DNA of 64,000 nucleotides from Yuukianura sp. NJ FZ-2021 (Eukaryota): NCBI GenBank assembly GCA_046563655.1, contig CM102290.1, positions 868,001 to 932,000 of the forward strand, read 5' to 3'. Shown piece by piece: positions 54,701 to 64,000 of this stretch (position 1 is its first letter; each line of letters starts with the position of its first letter). The notes under the pieces were generated by a model. It saw only the letters and a program-made list of their open reading frames with translations, ran no database searches and was not told where the DNA came from. The position numbers and the translations under genes were made by a program.

Positions 54701-56123
54701 TATTGTTACTACTGGAGTGGGAGGGGGCTAAGGAAGTGGTTACGGTGGGTCCAGGTCCAATGCCACACGAAGAAGAAGATGAGGATGTTGAACTGGTTCC
54801 AGACTTGCAAGTATTATTGTATACTTGCGAATTCTTCCGACTATTGCTGGAACCGTGGGACTGACTTAGAGATTGGAGGGAAGAACTGTGCTTCGTCGTA
54901 GTCAACGGCGGAAGTTGTTCCTCTGGGGTTTTTGCTGGCCGGTCCAGCTGCTGTGAAATTTGAACAAGACAGTATTACAATTTTCTGACAAGTTCCAAAT
55001 CCGAGTGGATTTGGAGACGAAGATGTCGGAATGCTATGCCAACCGTAGGTCACTTTACTAGACTTACACTGAACATTGCAGCTTGTTCTAACGTTTTCTT
55101 AGTTTTGTGGGTACAAGCTTCAAGGAAGGCTTTAAATTCTGCTTCATTCATCCGATCCAACTGCTCATCTACAGTCTGAAACAAAAATATAAATTTATTA
55201 AAATCACGATCATTTTGATTTCTTAACTCAGAAACCCCAGGAAGTAAAATACTTGATACGCATAATCCTTCAACACTACACTGTGTACGTTTTAGGTTAA
55301 GGTTAAGCAAAGTGTAAATCGGCGCTATCCTTCCATCTTAGAAAATCAAGAGCTCGGTATAAAATGCTGCTAATAATCATTGTGATTGAGTAGTGTGTGA
55401 AGGTTAACTGCAAGCGTTGGCGTGCAAACAAATTTCTTACTAGTATTAAATACGAGTTACGATCCGTATTCATTTTCGTAACTTACGAAGATGGATGTTA
55501 TAACGTAACGTCAAACACGTCTCAACCTTATGGGACTTGCTTACTGATGATAAAATTCAGACTGACCAAGAGATATCACCGTACAATTGGAAGCGAATAC
55601 CGATATATTACGGCTTTGCGTCCGTTATCGGTACTTAACAAAACATGCTGCATTGGTTTGTGGGTAGGGAACGAAAGGCTGATTGATATTACATAACCGA
55701 TGATCTTTGAAAGCATGCAGTTCTTTTCCAGTATTAAGTCGAGAATATAACTGGAATATACCGCTGGTTTAAAAAATGTTTAAAACCCGAGAAAAAAGGC
55801 AGTAGCATATAAATGCCGCCGGAATGATAAGGTGTGGTAACCGGTGACCTTTACAATCCCAAAATTTCTCTCTCCTGGTCAATTCACTTGCCATTACCAT
55901 CGTTCCGTTTAAGTGAAACGAAATGTATTAAAATGAATATGATAACCTAATTTTGGGGTCATACAGGTCACGCGGCATCATCATCACTTTACCATCAAAA
56001 CTCTTTCATGTCAAACACTGGACATAGGTTTTGGCTTTCGAGCATTATTTGAAATACTTTAGTGCTAAGTCCCGATCAGTTGATTAACTCTCATCCTTTA
56101 GTTCTTACCATCTGATTCTCCAT
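48740..56123 (-). CDS. Large intrinsically disordered protein (~1,340 aa), S/T/N/H-rich N-terminus, Q/Y/G/N-rich prion-like C-terminus; function unknown
   Basis: Eleven exons join with matching phases: 56123-56109 (MENQM, tentative), 55175-55068, 54950-54119, 53917-53767, 52464-52371, 52288-52193, 52090-51974, 51715-50435, 50311-50111, 50013-48936, 48795-48740. This links the 265-, 403- and 383-aa ORFs of the track. Confidence 0.75.
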
Positions 56124-57032
56124 CGTTTGACTCCGAGTCACTGGAGTAGTAAAGATTAAAAATAGGAGCAGCCGGAGGCCTTCCACCGAAGAGTGAAGTG
56201 AAGGTCAAAGGCTTAAGAAGATTGCACGACGTCAAAAATTAGATGTCGTTTGTCCGATGCGGTCGATCTGTCTAACATATAATTTGACACGGTCAATTAG
56301 AAATAATCTCCGTTACAATTTGATCAGCTAAATAACCAAGGAACAAAAAGCTGAGAAGTAGACTTTGAATCAAAGAATATTAATAACTGTGTTGTCGGTA
56401 TAAGGCGAAGATTTTAACGTTTAAAGTTATTTGAGAGGATGATGATGATGATAGTCCAAGTAATTGAAAGAGATTTCAATTTCCAACCCCAACCCCAGCA
56501 TATAAAACTCTTTAGAATGGTAAAGTACTAACACAGAAGTGGAGGTAGCGAATATAAGGCTGGTTTAGGTGCTTCACTTGAGTCTTCTTCTTGGTACTAG
56601 GTAAAGTATACATTGCATTGTAGTGGAACAGATTATATTTCCATTGTCAGCTGATGGGCGCGTTCCTTGGAATAGAATATCCACATTGGACGCCCATACC
56701 AAACTTCCATCTTTTTTTTTACTCCGATCCTTCTTCCACCCGCTTCCTCTGCCTTGGTTGGTTATCGGTTATTAAACCGTGGAGAAAGTTGCTCTAAGAT
56801 GCGATGCGCGAGTTTCCCGGAAACACAAAACACCTCCCCGTTTTAGCACAAAAACATTCGTGCTTCGCCGGACAACGTGTTTGGATTTTTGGAAACGTAT
56901 CGATTGTACCTTTATTCTTAAATTCTATAGTAAGGAAATGGAAATAAAACAAAAGATAACAGTAGCCGGAGATTACTCTTAAAGGAAAAGACAAAGACAA
57001 AACACGAATAATAAATTAGCTGGTTCACTTCA

Positions 57033-58107
57033 TTAAGATTGTACAGTATTAGGTCGTTCAGCTCCTAGTCCTAAACCTCTGGGTCGAACTTGAGGCTCGA
57101 TGGTTTCCACAACTCTGAAAAATAAAACAAAGTTTGGTATAAGAATACATTGATTGCAAACTACTAATAAGCGGCATTAGAAATTGTTTCAATTTAGTAC
57201 TAATTCATTTGCTTACTTCTTATTACTCAACCCAATTCCGTCAGATTTGGTCCATCCCATTCCACGGAGCATTGCTAATCCAAACTGTTCAATTGGAACC
57301 CGCTCATAATCGTCTAAAGTGGACTAAATAACAAACCAAGAAATCATTATTGCCTACACCGATATCAATTAATTTGAATTGTATTTAATTTAAGATTGAT
57401 AGGAACTTTGGAAGTATGTCGCTTACCTCTTCTGCTCTCAGGGATACATCCAGCTTATCATCTGTCTCAAATCCATCAGGAATTCGGTTCTGTAGCAACA
57501 ATGGAATAGGCCCTACGTCCATGTCCGAACCGTTTCTCTCGTTGACCAGTTTGGCAGATTCTACATAAGCATAAGAATTAATATCTTGATTCTTGTTGGA
57601 TACAGTTATGAATACTGTGTCTTCGTGACACTGACACTGATAAAATTTGTTGTTACCCAAGAGCTCAATGACGGCTTGATGTTCTAAGCGTTCGTCTTTC
57701 GATTTGAATTGAGAGGAATTGTTTTGAACGATGGAGTCTTTGGATCTTCTCTCCTTCTCTCTTCTCCAATGATTTTTGTGAATCATGGGTATGATCAGTT
57801 CCTTAGAAGCAGCCTCCGGGTTTTTAAAACTCCTAAGGAAAATAATATAGAATTAGCGGACTGTCATATTCAACTAAATTTCCGCTGCACCATACTTTCA
57901 GCTTCAGGCACGCGTAAGTAAATGAAAGATGAAATCTGGTATAGAAGGTACTTACCCATTAATTTGGGTCCCATCAATTGAGTGCACATACTCTTTTACA
58001 TCAGTATTTGTGAGGTCATCATTGTTGTCACGGAACTTGCTTGATTTGATGTGCTTCAGAGGATGTGAGGATATTGTTTTCTTGAACCCAAACTTTAAGG
58101 TCGCCAT
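57033..58107 (-). CDS. GPKOW: GPKOW/Spp2/MOS2-family G-patch splicing factor, ~248 aa, ending just after the G-patch
   Basis: Exons 58107-57956 ([10 protein letters not shown]), 57832-57427 ([18 protein letters not shown]), 57323-57217 ([24 protein letters not shown]) and 57114-57033 (RPRGLGLGA...VQS*). Confidence 0.85.
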
Positions 58108-59100
58108 TGAAGGAATCTAACAGAGGAAAATCGATCTAAAACGATGGTATTTAAGCTAAACTTCTAATTAGCCACAAAATTACGTCAATCGAAGACGACT
58201 GAACTTTCAAAAAGAACTTCTCAAAACGAAATGCTCGTTCTCCCCTCTCAGCTGAAATTCCTGTTTTGCTATCTTCAGCCTTAATATAGAGTGTATATTT
58301 TAGCATATATAGGGTGCATAGCAATGATTTTCACCATTTCACCGTTCTGTTTTCACCATTTGAATTTGTGAATTGGAATGCAAAATTCTGATTCAAAATC
58401 CACTTTAATTGGTTTTGCAGTTCTTTTTACCTTTACATGAGTTTTTTTTTTCGAAATTTGTTTATCAGTTGTTTTAGCCTATTTTTGACATGGAACCTTA
58501 AATGGTTTAAATAAAATATTAAAAACAAAATACATTAAAATAATTCTTTTTTTAGGATTATTAAAGCAATAAGATTCGGATCGGAATGTTTTTGAATTTG
58601 TATTTTGCAATATCGCCTGCTAGTTGCGTTTATTCTACTTACTTTGCATTGCTTATTTCTGAATGCCCACCAAATATTAACCAAGATCGGCGAAATCTTA
58701 GTTTTCGACTATTGTTGTTTGTTACTTGCTCAAGTCACTGCCTCCATCCACCCAGCATATTTAAATTATGAAACTAGGATTTAATTTTTATTAACTACTG
58801 TTTTTGTTATTTCTTTTTTGTGAAATACATATTTTTTGAGCACATTACGTACCTCAATTAATGACAAGAACTTTGTATGTATCGATGAAGAAAACGTTTG
58901 ATTTTCTTTCATTGCCCAAATGAGAGCTAGGCAATAGGGGTGCTGTGTGTAACATAAACTTTGTTCGGCTCATTTGTTTTCTTTTCCGTCCATCGTTTCG
59001 TTGCTTTGCTTTGCTTGTGGTTTTAAATCCTTTCGTTGTTTTGATCCATTAGGCTTTCAATTAATTAGAGGTGGTAGTTGAAGCAGTCACTAAAGAAAAA

Positions 59101-60399
59101 ATGGACGATATCTACATTTCACCAACAACGAAATACTATCGGAGAGTCGGAGGTGGGTAACTCGAGCTGATTGTTGAAGAGTTGGTATTACGTGATGTTG
59201 TTGTTGATGATTGTTCTCTTTCATGTATTTCTCAGAGGACCCTCAAGTAAAGGTGGCCAGAAATAAATTCAGGAGTGTTCTCAAACACATGGCACAGGAG
59301 AAGACACTGCACGATGACGAGAGTGAAAGCGACAATGAAGGCAGTGGATACCGTTATAAATACAAGTACAGCTGAATGAAATTCTGTGGTCATAAGTGTT
59401 ATTGTATTTCTGGAGACCATTTACCAGATACATTGTAACTTTTTTCTGGCGTAGATCTGGCATCAACATTCCGGGACGCAAGCGCCACAAATCCGGTCAT
59501 GAAACACCAAAAGCCAAAGTACAACCGGCCTTTGTAATGAAATTGTTTGACCGTGGAGTAGATTTGGCTCAGTTCAATGATGCTACACCACTTTACCCGA
59601 TTTGCCGGGCATGGATTCAAAACAAACCTCACGCGTGAGCACTGCATAATGATGAAACTAAGCGTACTAGTTAGTAAATAGTGTCTAAAATTGCACTCAA
59701 TTCTACTCTTAGTACGCGCCAGCGTCGAGAAGCGGAAGCTGAGGAAGAGCAATACGAGCTGGATGAAATGGATTACCGCGAAGAAACTGGAGAAGTGTTT
59801 CATTTGGAGCATCCGGAGCCTCTTCCATTCGATGAATATGGAAATCAGATCTCATATCGCGTGCCACCTCCGCTTGGTCCAAGCGAAATGGATGAGCCAT
59901 TTGACATTAACTACGTAATGAAAATTTTGAAACCGTTCACTACGAACCTTCCAATCATGGTTTCATAATCTTAGGCATAATTTTGTTTTAAAGCTAATTT
60001 ATTTGTTATAATGTTTTTGTTTCTCCGGGGAATTGAAGGCTGAAGAAGACGCGCCATCCCCCGCCGTCTTGTTTCAAAATCATCTTGAGCGCTGGAATAT
60101 AGTTCGTCATCGCTGGAAGCAGGCTAGTGCTTTCAATGACTTCCGATACAGTGGCAGCCTTGGAATGCTTCGACTGATTTATGAGCGGTATGTATTAACA
60201 TTGCAGCCTTCCAAGATGCGAAAGAGTATAGAAATAACAGGCAATTTCAACTTTTAGGAATCGGCCAGACGACACTACTATGGCCGTCACTACAACTCTT
60301 GACGCCGACACTGAGTTGCAGATGCAAATGGTGGAAACTGTTGATGGTGTTGATGGGCAAGGGGACGTGGATAATGAGACTGCAGAAGTGGTCATCTAA
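59101..60399 (+). CDS. LIN37: LIN37 (Mip40), MuvB/DREAM complex subunit, ~284 aa
   Basis: Exons 59101-59152, 59236-59365, 59455-59634, 59713-59914, 60039-60187, 60258-60399. Motifs [27 protein letters not shown] and [18 protein letters not shown]. Confidence 0.93.
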
Positions 60400-61205
60400 A
60401 AGGAGTAACCATGCTGAATTTTTATAGGCATTATGACTTTGTAAAGTTCATCTCCCAATTTTTGCAAAATTACAAATACTTTGTTGAAAAATTCAACTGT
60501 TTGTTCGCTCTATCTTTGTTTCTGTTTTCTTTTTCCAAATCTGAAGTGGTTTGATTTTCATATTCTCTTCTAGGAAAACAACTTGGTACGGCGTACAATG
60601 TTGATGAGGCACAATCTCCGTGTAAACATTTCAGCTGAAAAATCGGGTGACCCAGTTGACCTTTAACCCCTTATGACGCTTTAGTATTCATTTCGAACAA
60701 AACATAACATCTCTTGGTAAGTGGGAAATATGTTTACTTTGACATGAAGCTTCATAAGGGATGTCAGTCAAACTTTCTGAGAATAATCACACGGAGATGA
60801 CTCCTCAGTAATAATGGGGTTTGATATGTTCATAATGGATAAGACCATGGGAAACAACCAAGGTCAAAAGAACAACAAAAATATCAACTGGACTGTTTTT
60901 TGTATCCTTATAAAAGTGACGGTGATCTAAATTAGGTTGCAGAACGGAACGGAAGAGGCTAGCATATTAATGCAAGAGAATTAAAGTTGCGAGTTCTCTC
61001 TGGAAAATTGAACTCAATTCTACGTCATTAACCAAATAGTTACCGGATACAATTAGTTGCAAGCCCGGAATTCGGCGTGACTAACGCACGTCAATTACTT
61101 TATTAGGAAAACGTTTTGGGCAAACTAAAAGCACTACACGTTTCTATCTTTTGTCATCTTTACCTTGTCATAAATTCACTGTCAGGGTCACTGGGATTCA
61201 AAGGC

Positions 61206-61212
61206 TATAAAA
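61206..61212 (+). promoter_or_regulatory. TATA box of the secreted-protein gene
   Basis: TATAAAA 58 nt upstream of the ATG at 61264. Confidence 0.6.
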
Positions 61213-61263
61213 AGACTCCAAAAAAAATCGAATCTTATTTCAAAAAAAGAAGCGAAAGGAGCA

Positions 61264-62669
61264 ATGAAGCGTCTTTTTCTACTTGCCCTCTTCGCTTTTG
61301 GGGTTGCGCTCACGTTGGCTGCGGTGCACGAACGGAACGACAGTAAGTTTTTTGGATCCTACTTTGTTGAATTGTGACAGAAAGTTGAAAATTCTTTAAA
61401 TTAATTGACAATTTTTCGATTTTTATTGCAGGTAATGAAGACTCGACAGAACAAGATGACTTGCCGCATCCTCATCATGGTCATGGACACCATCGTGCTC
61501 AAGAACGCTGTGAAGGACTGGAAGACGTTGACCTGTCGGACTTAAGCCTGGAAATTACTGACTTAAGAAAACTGGTTGCCAAGGACAAGAAGGAAAGTAT
61601 TGAGGGCCAGAAGTTTCCGTTCCTTGATGATGGCGAAGTTTCGTTGCAAGACATCAAGACTGCTGTAGCAGAGAACGCAATGGGCGTCATTCGTAAGGTC
61701 GTTGTTTTAGCCGATAAGAAGAAGATCTTTGCTAAGGTGTTGAAGACTGTCAAGGCTTCTGGAGACTTGACAACATCCGTTTCTGGATCAATGAACACGA
61801 GCGTCGATGCAAGTACTAGCGGCCAGGCCACTTTTGGAGTTGACTTGGAAACTTTTACGCCTAGCAACACAAATCATATCGGTTTAACCGGGCAAACCAA
61901 CATCCTTTCCAATTCCTCTACAGCTTGGATCAAAAAAGGAAAAATGAACATTCTGCAAACCAAGGCAACTTCAAATATTGCCTCTACCATTTCCTGGAAC
62001 GATGCCACTTCTGCCCTTGAGACCACTGGAAGCATGACCAGCAACTCCACTAGCAGCGCAACGTCCAGCACGGTAATTTTGTCCAAAAAATGCTTTGCTA
62101 CTAGCGTTGGAGCAACGTTCGACGCCAGCGCTGCTGGGGCGGGTTGGTCCAGCTCAATTGTTGGAAAAGGCAAGGGCGGAGTTTACACTCACGTTCTGTT
62201 TGCTACTGAAAATGGAACTTCTGTCGCATGGAACTTTGCTAAGATCATATTGAAGACGCATCTGGAGATTCATGCTGGCAATACAACCATTGGTGGAACT
62301 CAGTACATTACGGTCAAGAGCTTTACTGAAACCATTACGCGTCCGGAAACATCTTCTGGCTCAAATGCTGACACTAAGCTGGATATATCCAATGAAATCA
62401 AAATCCGCGTCGGCGCCGAAACGGTATTGGACAACGGAGTCAAGATCTACTCCACTGGGGGCCAGTTGCTTTTCAGAAGTTCGAAGGTAACCGTTCCTTC
62501 AGCAGTGCCGTTGAGCGGTGACGATGAGGCTATCACTGACATGGATGGAGACGAGACTGAGGCTGCGCATGTCATGGTTGCAAATGTCTTAAGGAAGCAA
62601 GCTCAGGCTGATGACCTCCTCCTCAACCCCGTCTTTGTCAACTCTGTTGTCGCAGCGGCTTTCAACTAA
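61264..62669 (+). CDS. Orphan secreted protein (~438 aa) with a His-rich patch and a long Ser/Thr-rich beta-strand-like core
   Basis: Exon 61264-61342 (signal peptide MKRLFLLALFAFGVALTLA) splices in phase 1 to exon 61432-62669. AATAAA lies near 62830. Confidence 0.85.
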
Positions 62670-62977
62670 ACGTTTCAACCAAAATCAGTCATGTCTTTTA
62701 AAATTAGTTTTCAGCCTTAAAATTTGTTTTACGGTGTTGTTCTGGACTAATTTTGATCTACAGTTTCTTTCTGTTTCTTTTGAAAATCTTTTTAAATTGA
62801 AAGATTAGGTATTCCTACTGATTCATTCAAAATAAACCTTTGTGCGAAATCTAATTCAATGTGAATTTAAAAGGAGAATAAGGCACTGAACTTTAATTAT
62901 AGCTGATATTTCAATACAAAACGATTATCTCGATTAAAAAGCCGGAGATGATTTACCTAGAGTTATAGCGGTCAGTA

Positions 62978-64000
62978 CTAGAATTTATCCGGCCGCTTTC
63001 GGCCAGTAAACTTGTTGTCCTGGCGTGTCTCTTTGCCTTGACGTCGACGTCTCTCCTTCTTACCGATAATCCATTCTCTTACGGACTTAACTTGTGACCG
63101 GGACTTCTTGCTGGAATCATTCTTAGATTTTCTGTCTGTCATAGTAATTGTATCCGTTTGTTGATGAGTCAAAGGTTGTGGTAAAACTGGATTCCCTGTA
63201 GTACCAGCCATGAGAACGAGGTAGTATTTTTTAGCTTTGGTTGACTCAGGATAATCGATCACTACTCCGCCATCAAATCCGGCTCTTCGTGCTTGTGATG
63301 TAATAAGGTTCAGCTGTCCCTCGTCTGATGGATAGAATTGAAACACTGCCCGGCTTCCAGTTTTCTATAAATAATTATTCAAATACAGAAAATTATTTCG
63401 GATACATTCATTTGCGAAGTGTAGATCTTAGCAAGTATGATGCTTACCAGTACGGCGTACATAGTTGTAAAAAACTGATACAACCTTTTAACAGGATTGT
63501 GGGAAGACTTGTCTGCATTACAAAGCCATTGCAGTGCACTGATGCTGATGGCGCCATCGAAACTTCCAGGCCGAAATGGGAGACCCTTCCCCATGTCACC
63601 CAAAATGAGGTCTCCACTTACTTCACGCTCCTTTGCAATTTCTAAAAAACAACCACAGTTTATCAAATATGCGGACTATGATTTGCAAAGAATCGACAAC
63701 TTACCCAACATGGCACTGGATATATCAATCCCAATCCAGTGATGCCCTGCTTCATCCAATGCCTCGCCAGACAATCCTGACCCACATCCTATATCAAGAA
63801 GAAGTTGTGGTTCGTCATCCGCTAGTTCAAGAAGTTCAATTGCTCTTTCCGACATTTCCCCTTGGATTTCCATGATCCTCGAGCTGTGAACGTAAAGTTT
63901 GAAAGTTACATTGCCGTATTAATCTCTCTAAGAATATACTGTAATGATTCTTTTATAGATGGTGCTTTAGATTTGGGAATTCTTACTTCTGAGAGTACTT
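62978..64000 (-). CDS. BUD23: 18S rRNA guanine-N7 methyltransferase BUD23/WBSCR22 (5' end beyond the window)
   Basis: Exons >64000-63987, 63883-63705, 63641-63448, 63364-62978. Motifs [89 protein letters not shown]. Confidence 0.96.

Noticed and set aside
56590..56925. Faint resemblance of translated fragments (NLRIKV, HECFCAKTG, LEQLSPR, HYNAM) to the GPKOW C-terminal KOW region
   Set aside because: It needs several frameshifts and stops, and the region more plausibly holds the GPKOW 3' UTR and the promoter/5' UTR of the next gene. It cannot be told from chance without an alignment score.
1..64000. CRISPR arrays, operons, tRNA/rRNA genes, snoRNAs, autonomous transposase or reverse-transcriptase ORFs
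   Set aside because: The sequence is spliced eukaryotic DNA. I saw no regularly spaced repeat-spacer array, cloverleaf, paired C/D boxes or transposon protein motifs by eye; tRNAscan and Infernal were not run.

Overview
Eukaryotic, AT-rich, intron-containing animal DNA with short GT-AG introns of about 60-150 nt. It looks arthropod-like; a springtail-type compact genome is only a guess. I reconstructed ten genes by hand-splicing: NCKIPSD/SPIN90-like (+, apparently without SH3); a giant ~2,860-aa secreted protein with one N-terminal clip-like Cys domain and a Cys-free repetitive tail (+); a small acidic secreted protein (-); a rhodopsin-class peptide-type GPCR (+, start unresolved); a DUF229 protein (-); an 11-exon ~1,340-aa disordered protein with a Q-rich prion-like region (-); a GPKOW/Spp2-like G-patch protein that ends before the KOW motifs (-); LIN37 (+); an orphan secreted His-patch, beta-strand-rich protein (+); and BUD23/WBSCR22 (-, 5' end outside the window). 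About 17 kb (17.8-35.2 kb) has no recognisable gene. There are two short hAT-like MITE families with two copies each, and a strong 3'-UTR hairpin. I found no tRNA, rRNA, CRISPR array or autonomous transposase. Gene names come from recalled motifs, not database searches.
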